Source of the DNA: Granulicella sp.
GTDB lineage: Bacteria > Acidobacteriota > Terriglobia > Terriglobales > Acidobacteriaceae
Direction of reading: 5' to 3'
Assembly (NCBI GenBank): GCA_027339965.1
Contig: DAHWNL010000021.1
Location: 34,047-98,046 of the forward strand
DNA length: 64,000 nt
Part shown: positions 21,056 through 31,278 of the stretch, piece by piece
Position numbering within the stretch: the stretch's first letter is position 1
How the letters are laid out: every line of letters begins with the position of its first letter
The notes under the pieces: model-generated
What the model saw: the letters and a program-made list of their open reading frames with translations, nothing else
What the model was told of the DNA's origin: nothing
Database searches by the model: none
Position numbers and translations under genes: made by a program

Positions 21056-21289
21056 AAGATTTGTATTGCGGACGGCTGCCAGAGCGGGCGACCGACCACT
21101 TGTGTCCGATAACGAAGACAAGCGATGAGCTTAGAGTGACACCCCGCATCCAAAGAGTCAAGGAGTATTCCCGGAGATTCCGCCGGAAAGATGGTAAAAA
21201 ATGGCATCGGAACCAAAGTAGTACACGATTTCTGCTAAAGAAATGGAAGCTGGAGCCGGGATCACCGCCAGGGACCACGAGGGAGCGAT

Positions 21290-21895
21290 TTGATGCAGAG
21301 CCAAGAGAGATTCAGCGCCGTACAGGCGGAGGCGTTGTTGAGAGAGTGGACGCAGAGCGTATCTTTGGTGAAGCATGGGCTCGCCGTAGCGCGATGCACA
21401 GAGAGCTACGGGCTCCGCAAGGCTAAGCTTTGTGGGATGAACTGTGAGGAGTCGGCCCGGCTGGCAGAGGTCTATCGTTGCGCGGGGCTGTTGCACGACT
21501 TCGATTATGAGCGGCACCCCACTCCGGAAGAGCATCCTTTTATGGGGGTGAAATTTCTGCGCGAGCAGGGTTGGCCCGAGGAGATTCTGCACGCCATTCT
21601 GGCCCATGCGGAGTACTCCGGCGTAGTTCCGGAGAGTCACCTGGACAAGGCCTTGTTTGCCAGCGATGAGCTGGCCGGGTTTCTGACCGCATGCGCTTTG
21701 GTAAAGCCGAGCCGGGCGATTGCCGATGTGGAGGTGGCTGGCGTGGTGAAGAAGATGAAGGACAAGGCGTTTGCACGGGCGGTCCAGCGCCAAGACATCC
21801 TCCGCGGAGCAGAGTTGCTGGGAGTTCCTCTGCATGAGCACATCGGCAACTGCCTGCGCGCGATGCAGGCTCACGCCCAGGAGTTGGGGCTGTAG
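21290..21895 (+). CDS. HD-domain (HDIG-type) metal-dependent phosphohydrolase
   Basis: LVKH, GLLHDFDYE, AILAH, DELAG, KDKAFA. Confidence 0.85.
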   Translation: MMQSQERFSAVQAEALLREWTQSVSLVKHGLAVARCTESYGLRKAKLCGMNCEESARLAEVYRCAGLLHDFDYERHPTPEEHPFMGVKFLREQGWPEEILHAILAHAEYSGVVPESHLDKALFASDELAGFLTACALVKPSRAIADVEVAGVVKKMKDKAFARAVQRQDILRGAELLGVPLHEHIGNCLRAMQAHAQELGL

Positions 21896-21936
21896 CGCAG
21901 CCTCCGCGCGGCAGGATCCGGGATTGAGATCTGCTT

Positions 21937-22611
21937 TCAGCCCTCGGCCAGCGCCGCCCAGCCAATGCGCACCACGCCAGCCCCGGCGAAGGCGGTATTG
22001 ATGGAGCGAACCGTGTTGGGGAGATCGACGGCTCGAGTAAGATCCTCGATGACGATGGATGCGAAGCCGAGACGGGCCGCAGCCACTGCGGAGAAGCCCA
22101 CGCAGAAGTCATAGGCCAGGCCGCAGAAGAAGAGGCGGGTGATGCCGCGTTCCCGCAAGTAGCCTGCCAGGCCGGTAGGAGTCTGGTGATCGTTCTCCAT
22201 GAAGGCTGAGTAGCTGTCAATCTGCGGGTGAAGTCCCTTGCGCAGGATCAGTTCAGCGTGAGGGATGGAAAGGCCGGGGTGGAGCGCGGCTCCGGCCGTG
22301 TCTTGGATGCAGTGGTCCGGCCAGAGTTCCTGAACTCCGTAGGGAGTGTGGAGAATCAACCTTCCCTCCGGGGCAAGGGCCGGAGTTTGCGTCGAAGGAA
22401 CTCTGCCCTGGTGAGTGCTCGCGAAGGAGATGTGGCCGCGAGGGTGCCAGTCCTGGGTAAGAACGACGTGCTGGAAGCGGAAGGCGACGGTGTTGATGCC
22501 GGGCAGAATGGCGTCAGCGCCAGAGATGGCCAGGGCGCCTCCAGGGAGGAAGTCCCTTTGCATATCGATGACCAGCAGAGCGTCGGTCGGGGTGAGGGAC
22601 CAGGCTGTCAT
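21937..22611 (-). CDS. pncA: Nicotinamidase/pyrazinamidase
   Basis: LLVIDMQRDFLPGG, TQDWH, WPDHC, RKG...DSYSAF, GLAYDFCV. Confidence 0.95.
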   Translation of the reverse strand: MTAWSLTPTDALLVIDMQRDFLPGGALAISGADAILPGINTVAFRFQHVVLTQDWHPRGHISFASTHQGRVPSTQTPALAPEGRLILHTPYGVQELWPDHCIQDTAGAALHPGLSIPHAELILRKGLHPQIDSYSAFMENDHQTPTGLAGYLRERGITRLFFCGLAYDFCVGFSAVAAARLGFASIVIEDLTRAVDLPNTVRSINTAFAGAGVVRIGWAALAEG

Positions 22612-22741
22612 ACACTCAAGCGTACTATTTTGAGCAAGGCTGGTGCGGGATGGTCTCTGTGCGGGAGCGGCTTGAAGTTCTGGGTCCGGCAGATTGCGAT
22701 CTTCTGCCGAGCGGTTGGATGCCGGCAGCGCGACGAGGGCG

Positions 22742-23647
22742 ATGGCGGCGGGACGAGCGGATGCACCAAGGAGTGAAGCTGACTTGATCAAGGTGATTGA
22801 ATCCCCGCGAGATGCATGGCAGAGCCTGCGGAAGGTGATTGAGCCGGAGGTGAAGTCGGAGTATCTGCGCGCGCTGATTGTGGCCGGATTTCGCCATATT
22901 GATGCGGTGGGGTTTGTCTCCCCGCAGGTGGTGCCACAGATGGCTGACTCCGAGCGGGTGCTGGAGTATCTGGATGCTCCGGAGGAGGTGGAGGTGATTG
23001 GACTGGTTGCCAATGCGTTGGGCGCTGAGCGTGCCCTGAAGAGCGGCCGGGTGACGACCCTGGCGTTCCCATACTCGATCTCGCCGCAGTTTCTGGAGCG
23101 CAATCAGCGGCAGGCGCCGGAGGATGCTCTGGACGAGCTGGAGAAGATCGGAGAGCTGGCTTACAAACATGGGCAGGATATGGTGGCGTACGTCGCCATG
23201 GCGTTTGGAAACCCATTTGGGGATGCGTGGGACGTGGACGAGGTGGTGAGCGCGGTGGATCTGCTGGTGGATCTGGGCGTGGCCCAGGTTTCGCTTTCCG
23301 ATACGACAGGTACGGCATCCCCAGAGCTGGTGCGGGATGTGCTGCGGCTGGTGCTGGACGTGCACCAAGACCTGGAAGTGGGGGTCCATTTGCGCGCGCG
23401 ACCGGCGGATGCGGCAGCCAAGGTCCGCGCGGCCTATGAAGGAGGGTGCAGGCGATTCGATGCCACGCTGGGAGGCGTGGGAGCCTGTGTGTATGCCCAG
23501 GACCCGGGGGTAGCCAATCTGGCCACGGAGACGTTGTTGGACGTGTTGCAGGGGGTGAACGCGGAGCTGCCGGCGTTGGGAGCCCTGGAGCCGCTGGCAG
23601 GCATGAGTCTTGAGCTGGAGCGGCGTTACGGAGCTCCGCGACAATGA
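22742..23647 (+). CDS. HMG-CoA lyase family protein
   Basis: ESPRDAWQ, FVSP, AFGNP, LSDTTG, GVH, FDATLGGVGAC, NLATE. Confidence 0.85.
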   Translation: MAAGRADAPRSEADLIKVIESPRDAWQSLRKVIEPEVKSEYLRALIVAGFRHIDAVGFVSPQVVPQMADSERVLEYLDAPEEVEVIGLVANALGAERALKSGRVTTLAFPYSISPQFLERNQRQAPEDALDELEKIGELAYKHGQDMVAYVAMAFGNPFGDAWDVDEVVSAVDLLVDLGVAQVSLSDTTGTASPELVRDVLRLVLDVHQDLEVGVHLRARPADAAAKVRAAYEGGCRRFDATLGGVGACVYAQDPGVANLATETLLDVLQGVNAELPALGALEPLAGMSLELERRYGAPRQ

Positions 23648-23700
23648 CGGACAAGAAGGAGAGGGAAGGAGCGTAGAGGCCGTTCTTTTAGACTGAGGGC

Positions 23701-24192
23701 ATGAGCGATTTGAGGAACTTCCCCGTGGATGATGTGGTAGCGAAGGGCTATGCCGAAGCCCCGATACGGGTGCGCTATGCGGAGACGGATCAGATGGGTG
23801 TGGTTTACCACGCCAACTATCTGGTGTGGTTTGAGGTGGGACGGGTGGAGTTCATTCGGCAGTTGGGGATGGACTACAAGGATATGGAGAGGGACGAGGG
23901 AGCGTTGATCGCCGTGGCAGAGGCGACGGTCCGGTACAAGGCTCCAGCGCGCTATGACGATGAGCTGGTGGTCCGGACCTCGCTGGCGGGCTTGAGAGAC
24001 TCCATCGTTCGATTTCGCTACGTAGTGCTGCGAGTTGCCGATGGGGTGGTCTTGTGCGAGGGGGAGACGGTCCACTTTGTGGTGGGCCGAGACATGAAGC
24101 GCCGCTCCATGCCCGCCAAATATACAGAGTGCTTCCAGGCGATGTTGCTCCGGCCAGGGATGAAGGCCTTCGCAGAGACTCCTCAGGAGTGA
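23701..24192 (+). CDS. YbgC/FadM-family acyl-CoA thioesterase
   Basis: RVRYAETDQMGVVYHANYLVWFEVGR. Confidence 0.9.
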   Translation: MSDLRNFPVDDVVAKGYAEAPIRVRYAETDQMGVVYHANYLVWFEVGRVEFIRQLGMDYKDMERDEGALIAVAEATVRYKAPARYDDELVVRTSLAGLRDSIVRFRYVVLRVADGVVLCEGETVHFVVGRDMKRRSMPAKYTECFQAMLLRPGMKAFAETPQE

Positions 24193-24962
24193 CGCTTGCG
24201 GTCCAGATCCCAGGCCTTGGCGTACTTCCAACTGGTGTAGCCGGCGTGGTAGAGGTGCTGCAGCAGGCCCTCGCGTCCGTCCAGGAAGCCCAGGCGGAAG
24301 ACGTAATTCCACTTGAAGGTGAGCACCGGGATGAACAGGACATGGGCAAGAAAGGCAAGAATGCCTGAGCTGGTGCGGCCCTGGTCCACAAGAAGCTGCG
24401 CTCCCAGAGAACTGTACCGGTCCATGTGCTCGATGTAGGATTCGAGCGTCGGATAAGCGTGGTGGATCAGATCGGATTGGAGCGTGGCCGTGGGGCCGTG
24501 GAACTGGATGGTCTCATGCACCGGCCGCGGTTCGAAGGCGGCATGCTGGGAAGGGTTGCGGCGGAAGAGGCGAAGTTTTGCGTCCGGGTAGAAGCCTCCG
24601 TGGCGCATCCAGCGGCCCAGGAAGAGGTTGCGGCGCTTGAGGTAGAAGGCATCCACCGAGGGTGTTGACGAGAGAATCTGGCGAATCTCCTGCTGAAGCT
24701 CCGAGGAGAGCTCTTCATCCGCGTCCAGGCTCAGAATCCAATCGCCGGTACACTGCTCGATGGCGAAGTTCTTTTGTTCGGCGAAGCCGGGCCAGGGACG
24801 CTCCAGTACGGTGGCGTTGAACTGGCGGGCGATCTCGACGGTGCGGTCGGTTGAGCCGGAGTCCACCATGACAATCTGATCTGCCCAGCGAACGCCCGCC
24901 AGGGTACGCGCCAGATTCGCTTCTTCGTTAAAGGTGACGATTGCGACAGAGAGGAGCGGCAT
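24183..24962 (-). CDS. GT2 glycosyltransferase (WaaE/KdtX-like)
   Basis: TFNEE, VDSGSTD, QKNFA, LDADE, VHE. Confidence 0.9.
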   Translation of the reverse strand: MPLLSVAIVTFNEEANLARTLAGVRWADQIVMVDSGSTDRTVEIARQFNATVLERPWPGFAEQKNFAIEQCTGDWILSLDADEELSSELQQEIRQILSSTPSVDAFYLKRRNLFLGRWMRHGGFYPDAKLRLFRRNPSQHAAFEPRPVHETIQFHGPTATLQSDLIHHAYPTLESYIEHMDRYSSLGAQLLVDQGRTSSGILAFLAHVLFIPVLTFKWNYVFRLGFLDGREGLLQHLYHAGYTSWKYAKAWDLDRKRHS

Positions 24963-25139
24963 GGGGGAAGGAGGATCTTTCCAGGAGGAGTGCGGTCCGG
25001 TGGTTCCCTTGCGGACGCTCGTTACGAGTCAGAAGGGCTTCGGCGTGATGGGGAGCGGCCCCTTCGCTTCCTTGGGGCGTTTTCTCCATGCGAAGTTCGC
25101 GGTGCGTTCTGGCCACGGAGTCTCCACTTGGAAAATACC

Positions 25140-25472
25140 TTAGAGGGTCATCTCTGGATCGCGGAGCTGTTCACGAAGCAGGCGCTGCGTCAGGCGGTGC
25201 AAATCTTCGCCGGTCTTGGGCAGGGTGAAGGCGTTGGCCGCCGGATTCCACTCCAGCTTGTAGGAGGTGGAGAGCGCGGAGATCCAGATCTGCCGGACAG
25301 GGGTGTTGGGAGTAAAGACGAATCGATCCTGGCTCTCCTCGAAGAGAACATTCAAAACGCCGTTCTTCTCGTCGGTCTCAAAGCCGCCCCGCTCTTCAGC
25401 ACGGAAGAGCGCCTGTTTGAGAGATCCCAAGGCTTTGTCCGACTCCTGGCGGAAGGTGGTTTCATCAATCAT
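25140..25472 (-). CDS. cyaY: Frataxin-like iron donor
   Basis: NGVLNV, PVRQIWIS, LLREQL. Confidence 0.85.
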   Translation of the reverse strand: MIDETTFRQESDKALGSLKQALFRAEERGGFETDEKNGVLNVLFEESQDRFVFTPNTPVRQIWISALSTSYKLEWNPAANAFTLPKTGEDLHRLTQRLLREQLRDPEMTL

Positions 25473-25478
25473 TCTGTC

Positions 25479-26525
25479 TTAGTGTAACGGCGGATCGGGT
25501 TCAGTGTCGCGGATGTTGGAGCAGGCAATGGGGCCGGAGAGAGGTTCAAACTGCAATGCAGCTTTGGAAAAGGAGAGCGGCTGGCAAAGGAAGGTGCGCA
25601 GGTGGGAGTCTTCGAAGATCTTGGTATGCGCAATGGTTTTGCCCCGCTCGCCGCGCTGTTGGTAGCCGGTTGCGGTGACGAGAAGGAACCGGTGGCGGGG
25701 ATCAGAGGGATCGGGCTGAAGCCAGCGCCGGGTGATCTCGCAGGGATCTTGCGCGGCGTCATCACAGGATCGCTGACGGGAGGTGAAGCCGGCAGTGATG
25801 ATCGCATGGCCCGAGAAGATTTGCAAGCGGACCTCGGTCTCCTTCAAGTCTCGATTGGGGCCTGCGGTGATGGTGTGGTAGACCGCAGTGTAGCGGAGCG
25901 GATCGACCAAAGAGCGGCTGGCGAGCAGAAATCGCTGAAGGCTGTCGGAGGGGCTGCCGTAGCTGGTGGCATCGATCAGGGTGGCGATGCGATACCATTG
26001 GGCCGGCGGTGGTGACTGGCTCTTTTCGGCCAAATCCGCCGGACTTTGCCCTTTTGTCGCGGCTTGCAGCCTGGCTGGGCGGGGTAACAGAATGGCGCTG
26101 ACGATGTGATGGTCCAGTTCCACTGTGAGAATGGCATCGAGCCTCCCGGAATCACCCAGAGGAAGGAGATCGAGGCGAACCGAGTGAGGGGTCGGGATGG
26201 AGCCCTGTTCGAGATACCACGCGGGAGCTCCAACGGCGACCAGCGCCCCGGCGCGCGTAAGGTCATGGGAGTCTCGCAACTGGGCGGCCAGAGCCTGCGG
26301 AGCCGGGACGGGGACATTGTCGGTCACAAACGTAAGCGCGCCTAGGTCAGGGGATGCAGGAAGAACCGGGCGGGGCGTGGCGAACTTCGAGGGCGGGGCG
26401 GTGGGTGGGGAGGAGCCCATGTCGTGGCGCTGCGCCGAGGCTATGCCGGTGGTCACAAACAGCATCCAGCACAGAGCCCAGCACCTAGCCAGGAGGAGTG
26501 CGGCGGATGAACGAGAAAGTTGCAT
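25479..26525 (-). CDS. Secreted hypothetical protein
   Basis: Signal peptide MQLSRSS...GIASA followed by Q; long coherent ORF. Confidence 0.6.
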   Translation of the reverse strand: MQLSRSSAALLLARCWALCWMLFVTTGIASAQRHDMGSSPPTAPPSKFATPRPVLPASPDLGALTFVTDNVPVPAPQALAAQLRDSHDLTRAGALVAVGAPAWYLEQGSIPTPHSVRLDLLPLGDSGRLDAILTVELDHHIVSAILLPRPARLQAATKGQSPADLAEKSQSPPPAQWYRIATLIDATSYGSPSDSLQRFLLASRSLVDPLRYTAVYHTITAGPNRDLKETEVRLQIFSGHAIITAGFTSRQRSCDDAAQDPCEITRRWLQPDPSDPRHRFLLVTATGYQQRGERGKTIAHTKIFEDSHLRTFLCQPLSFSKAALQFEPLSGPIACSNIRDTEPDPPLH

Positions 26526-26718
26526 GAGGAAAGGGCGGGGCTCCGCAGAATGAGTGGACTGCGGTGAGGAGTCTACACATGGATGCCGATGGCTCGCAAC
26601 TTGCATCAAGATCTCATCGCGGTCCCATCGACCTCCAATGCTTCCCCGGCTGGATGGCGCGATGGCTATTTGAGTCTCGGTTCGTGAGGCCATATTATCT
26701 GCAGGGAACAGGCGTGAG

Positions 26719-27177
26719 CTAAAAGGGAATATCCTCATCCGTGATGCCCTGGTCGGCGTAATCGCTCTGGGCCACGGGAGCCGTGGAGGTTGAAGAGCGG
26801 GAAGCGGAGTATGCGGAGCTGCCGCTCTCGCTTCGTCCCGCGCCGCCGCCCAGCAAGGAGAGCTCATTGACCAGAATCTCGGTGCGATACTTTTTCTGGC
26901 CGGACTCCTTGTCGTCCCAGGAACGGGTCTGGATCTTGCCTTCAACAAAGATCTGTGTGCCCTTTTTGACATAGTCGCGGACGACCTCGGCGGTCCGCTG
27001 GAAGGCGACCAGATTGTGCCACTCGGTCTTATCCGTCCAAGTGCCCTGGGCGTCCTTGGCGCGCTCAGCGGTGGCCAGCGAGAAGCTCGCGACCGTCATG
27101 CCGTTAGGAGTGGTGCGGATCTCGGGATCTTTACCGACGTTGCCGAGAAGAAAGACTTTGTTGACGCCCTTAGCCAT
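26719..27177 (-). CDS. ssb: Single-stranded DNA-binding protein
   Basis: VNKVFLLGNVGKDPE, TEWH, C-terminal DEDIPF. Confidence 0.97.
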   Translation of the reverse strand: MAKGVNKVFLLGNVGKDPEIRTTPNGMTVASFSLATAERAKDAQGTWTDKTEWHNLVAFQRTAEVVRDYVKKGTQIFVEGKIQTRSWDDKESGQKKYRTEILVNELSLLGGGAGRSESGSSAYSASRSSTSTAPVAQSDYADQGITDEDIPF

Positions 27178-27238
27178 GAAACTGCTCCGTGTGGTGGATG
27201 ATGGAAAGTTTATAGCACGAGTGACCGGGATCGCTTTC

Positions 27239-27255
27239 GTTCGCGTCCGCTTCGG
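27239..27255. promoter_or_regulatory. Candidate LexA box upstream of ssb
   Basis: GTTC-N7-CTTC (TTCGC-N6-TTCGG) just upstream of an extended -10-like TGCTATAAACT on the minus strand. Confidence 0.4.
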
Positions 27256-27763
27256 CTATCTTTTGCAGGCTGACCGCTTCAGACGCTGCCAGCCGTGCGG
27301 CAACAGGACGGCTGCAGCGAACTCACGGTTCAATACAAACGGAATCATACTATAACGATGCCACTTGGTTGGAATACACCCTGCGAGCCGATGGCAGATG
27401 GCGAAATTTGGATGAAAACGTGTGGCGACGAAGATGGCCAGGTAGAGCGACAAGCGGATGCCGGGAGGATAACGCCATGGCTGGACGCCTGATCTGGCAA
27501 AATTGCGCCGTTGGCGAGACGAGAGCATCCACCATTTGCTCCCCCGAGAGGATGTTCCGTTCATCCGCTGCCTGCTTCCCAACTCCTCAAGAGTTCTCAA
27601 TCAGATAAGAAAGTCTGTACAGACGGGCCCGCGAGTTCCTGAAAAGCGGGCGGAGAGGAGTTTGCAATCGGAGAAGACAGGGGCTAACGTAGGCAGGGGG
27701 AGAGCAGCCCATGGGGAAGGTTCTCGACACGCGGAGTTGCAGCCGTACTGAAAAGGGAGCCCT

Positions 27764-29836
27764 ATGCGGAGTTTGAACTTGTTGCGCTGGTCTGTGGCGT
27801 TGTTCGTGGTTAGCGGGGTAGGGATAACGGCTGCACCGCAATCGCCTGCGGGCCTGCAGAGTCCTCCGGGCTCCAGTCCGCGGAGCGCTCAAGCCAGGGA
27901 GACGGAGGTGCATACGCGCGTGGTGACCATCGCGCCTGCCTCCAGTGCTTTGGTGAAGTCGCAAGAGATTGACCAAGCGGCGGAGCCGCCGATCTCGCAT
28001 GCGGACAAGATGATGTTGATCCAGAGCCGCATCAAGTACGTGTTTGTCCTGTTCCAGGAGAATCGTTCCTTTGACTTTTACTTTGGAACCTACCCTGGCG
28101 CCGATGGCCTTTATGCAGGACCGGATGGCCCCAAGGATGCGGCCCAGGTTGCCGGATACACCCAAACCATCGTCAACACGGATGGAACGCTGGGAACCAT
28201 TGTTCCGTTCCGCATCCCGGAGACGGTGATCAACAACCGAGGGCAAAAAGTACCGCTTTATCCGGCCGATATTGCGTCAGTGAATCACTCTCATGTCGCC
28301 ATCGCGCGAAAGATGGCCATGGATGGCAGCGGGGTCGCGCAGAACTCGGCCTACGCTTTGACCGAGGAGGGTGTGACGATCAGCGCCGGCAGGCCATCCA
28401 AGGTTCCAACGCTGGAGCGCAAACAGTTTGGCGAACTGGTGATGAGCCATGTGGATTGCGATACGGTGCCTTTTTTATGGCGCTACGCTGACCGTTTCAC
28501 GCTCTTCGACCACTTCATGGATACGATTGTGGGGCCATCGACTCCCAATGCCATCGCGATGATCGCCGGTCAGGGTGGAGAGACGCAGTGGATGCTGCAT
28601 CCGGAGCAGGCGGCTCAGGGTGGACGCGGTCCGGGAGCCACCGTGCCGATGGTGACGGATGCGCAGCCCTACTGGGGATCGATGCTGGATACCGCGGACC
28701 GTCTGCATCAGCCGCAGGCAAATCATCCCTTTGGCGGGATCTCAAAGAACCTTACCTTTGCCAGCCTGCCTCTGTCGTTCATGGGCAGCTCCATCAAGAC
28801 GACCACCGCGGCTGACTACGATCCAGCCTTTGATCTGCCGGATGTGCAGGAGGACATTGCGAAGATCGCCGGGCACGGGGTGAGCGCGGTGGACTGGGGT
28901 TGGTATCAGCAGGGGTACGACCACGAGCAGAACGATCCCCAGGGGAAGACCACCCACGACGGTTATGTGGCGCATCACGATGCGCCGCAGTACTTTGGTT
29001 ATGTCGCAAATAATCCGCTTTCCACAGAACGCCTGCATGGCCTGAGTGATTTTTTCCGTGACATCCAGGAGCGAAGACTGCCCACGTCTGGCGTTTTCTA
29101 CGTCCGTGGGGGGTACGGCAACATTGAAGGTTGGCATCCCCAGGATCCAGACCCCAAGCTGGCCAAGGTGTTCTTTGGAAACGACGATCATCCGGGGTAC
29201 TCGGACTCCCAGATCAGCGAGGGGCTCCTGGCCCAGGAGATCAATGCGATCGCGGAGAGCCCTTACTGGAGCCAGAGTGCAATCATCATCACTTACGACG
29301 AATCGGATGGTGAGTACGACCACGTTCGCCCTCGAGTGCGTTCGCATGATGCCGCCGGCCTGCCCCTGGAGCAGGGGCCCCGGATTCCGGCGATTCTGAT
29401 CTCACCCTATGCGGTGGCTCACGGGGTCTCGCATGAGCCCGACGAGCACAGTTCCGTGATCAAGTTTGTGGATGAGTTGTTTGGCCTGATTCCGCTGGCG
29501 GATCTTCCCGACGAGGTCAAGGGGCGCGAGCTGGGCAAAGAGAAGCTGGGCCAGCCGTATCTTGGTCCTGCCGACGACCATGTGCCCGGCGTAGGAGATA
29601 TGAGCTCGGGCTTCGACGTGCTTCGGCTGGAGGGGAAACGGCCGGCGCTGAGCGCGGCCTATGCCGAAATCCCGGTGAGCGAGATTAAGAGCTTCCCCCA
29701 TGACCAAGGAGAGGGTTGCCGCGTACTGCAGATTCAGCCGACGGACAGCGGACGGCCGAATCCGGTTCCCGAGGACTTCAATCCGCGGCCGGACTCTTCC
29801 CCCGGCATACCGACGGCGGGAGGCTGGACGCCATAG
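27764..29836 (+). CDS. Secreted phosphoesterase (phospholipase C/AcpA family)
   Basis: IKYVFVLFQENRSFD, GPSTPN, DDHPG, IITYDESDG, GPRIP. Confidence 0.9.
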   Translation: MRSLNLLRWSVALFVVSGVGITAAPQSPAGLQSPPGSSPRSAQARETEVHTRVVTIAPASSALVKSQEIDQAAEPPISHADKMMLIQSRIKYVFVLFQENRSFDFYFGTYPGADGLYAGPDGPKDAAQVAGYTQTIVNTDGTLGTIVPFRIPETVINNRGQKVPLYPADIASVNHSHVAIARKMAMDGSGVAQNSAYALTEEGVTISAGRPSKVPTLERKQFGELVMSHVDCDTVPFLWRYADRFTLFDHFMDTIVGPSTPNAIAMIAGQGGETQWMLHPEQAAQGGRGPGATVPMVTDAQPYWGSMLDTADRLHQPQANHPFGGISKNLTFASLPLSFMGSSIKTTTAADYDPAFDLPDVQEDIAKIAGHGVSAVDWGWYQQGYDHEQNDPQGKTTHDGYVAHHDAPQYFGYVANNPLSTERLHGLSDFFRDIQERRLPTSGVFYVRGGYGNIEGWHPQDPDPKLAKVFFGNDDHPGYSDSQISEGLLAQEINAIAESPYWSQSAIIITYDESDGEYDHVRPRVRSHDAAGLPLEQGPRIPAILISPYAVAHGVSHEPDEHSSVIKFVDELFGLIPLADLPDEVKGRELGKEKLGQPYLGPADDHVPGVGDMSSGFDVLRLEGKRPALSAAYAEIPVSEIKSFPHDQGEGCRVLQIQPTDSGRPNPVPEDFNPRPDSSPGIPTAGGWTP

Positions 29837-30960
29837 TGCCCCAAGAGATCAAGCGTGGCGCATGGGGCACGCTGGCGATGACCGTCGCGGTGGCCTGCGC
29901 TTTGGCGTGCGCCTCCGGGGTTGCCATCTCCAAGAGCGTCACGCCGGTCTCGACGCTCCAGCGGGTGCGTGCGGCGGGGGTGCTCACCTGTGGGGTGGAC
30001 GCGGAGGAGCCCGAGTACTCCACCTCGGATGAGCATGGCAGCCGCGAAGCGTTCGACGCGGATCTCTGCAGGGCAGTGGCGGCGGCAGTGCTGGGCTCGC
30101 AGGCTCGGATCCGCCTCGTGAGCTATCCTGACGACCGCAGCAGCATGGCGGGACTACGATCCGGCGCGGTGGAGATGATTCCAACGTTGACCGATGACTT
30201 TACCCACGCGGTGGGAACGCATCTACAATTCACCTCCCCGGTGCTGTGGGATGGGGTGGGGTTCCTGGCGTCCGCCGGCAGCGCGGTGACAGAGGCCCGG
30301 CAGCTAAGCGGGAAGAAGATCTGCATGATCGCGGAGACCAACACGGAGGAGAGTGTGCGCGCGTGGTTTGCCCGCGAGCATCTGGACTATGTGCCGTTTC
30401 CGTTTCAGGAGGAGGGGGAGATGGAGGCCGCCTTCGCTACCGGGAACTGCACAGCACTGGCCGGAGATCGAACGCGCCTGGCCGCAACTGGAGAGTTGAT
30501 GGGGCTTCACGGCCGGCCGGCGCGATTGCTGAGCGCGGTAATCTCCCAAGATCCGCTGGCGGCTACGGTGCGCCAAGGAGATCGACAGTGGGAGGCGATC
30601 GTGAGCTGGGTGATGGAAGCGCTGGTTCAGGCTGAGGAGAGTGGCGTGACTCGGGCCAACGTCAATGCTTTGCGTGCGGAGGCATTGCGGGCCGAAGGAG
30701 CGGTAGATGGACAGGGAGTTGGACCGGCGTCCGCTTTGGCAGCGGATCCAACGCTATGGTTTTTACTGGGGGGATCGCAGCAGATTGGGTCGCGGTTGGG
30801 CCTGGAGAATGACTGGGTGGACCAGATGATCGCGGCGACGGGAAATTACGGAGAGATCTATCGGCGAGATCTGGGTAGTGGTTCGGCGCTGAAGCTGCCC
30901 CGCGGGGAGAATCGTTTGTTTGAAGATGGCGGAGTGATGGTGGCGTTGCCGCCCAAGTAG
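29836..30960 (+). CDS. Amino-acid ABC substrate-binding protein (AapJ/BztA-like)
   Basis: GVLTCGV, DLCRAVAAA, DGVGF, ISQDPL, GNYGEIY..R, LPRGEN. Confidence 0.85.
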   Translation: MPQEIKRGAWGTLAMTVAVACALACASGVAISKSVTPVSTLQRVRAAGVLTCGVDAEEPEYSTSDEHGSREAFDADLCRAVAAAVLGSQARIRLVSYPDDRSSMAGLRSGAVEMIPTLTDDFTHAVGTHLQFTSPVLWDGVGFLASAGSAVTEARQLSGKKICMIAETNTEESVRAWFAREHLDYVPFPFQEEGEMEAAFATGNCTALAGDRTRLAATGELMGLHGRPARLLSAVISQDPLAATVRQGDRQWEAIVSWVMEALVQAEESGVTRANVNALRAEALRAEGAVDGQGVGPASALAADPTLWFLLGGSQQIGSRLGLENDWVDQMIAATGNYGEIYRRDLGSGSALKLPRGENRLFEDGGVMVALPPK

Positions 30961-30988
30961 GCCGGTGTTTACCCCGCATCCGCAGCGA

Positions 30989-31237
30989 TCATCGAGAGGC
31001 CGTATCCTTGCGCCGGCCGAAGAGATCGCCGGCGAGCTTGGCCAGACCCAGCAGTAGCGTAAAGACGCTGGTGGGCAGGCAGCCCATCACCACGATCAGG
31101 GAGAGCCATCCGCTACTGGTGCGCGGGCCCTGCCGGGTAACGCCGCCAAAGACGGTCATCATCAAAAGCGCAGCCAGCGCGCCTGCGAGCAGGATGGACG
31201 AGCCGGTGACGAGAAGCTTGCGGGTGTCTGGCTGCAT
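30989..31237 (-). CDS. Small two-TM membrane protein
   Basis: Two hydrophobic segments; co-oriented with the DUF420 gene and cyoE. Confidence 0.6.
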   Translation of the reverse strand: MQPDTRKLLVTGSSILLAGALAALLMMTVFGGVTRQGPRTSSGWLSLIVVMGCLPTSVFTLLLGLAKLAGDLFGRRKDTASR

Positions 31238-31278
31238 AGAAGCTTGAACAAGGCTGAGAGGCAGGGCGACGACGAAGT

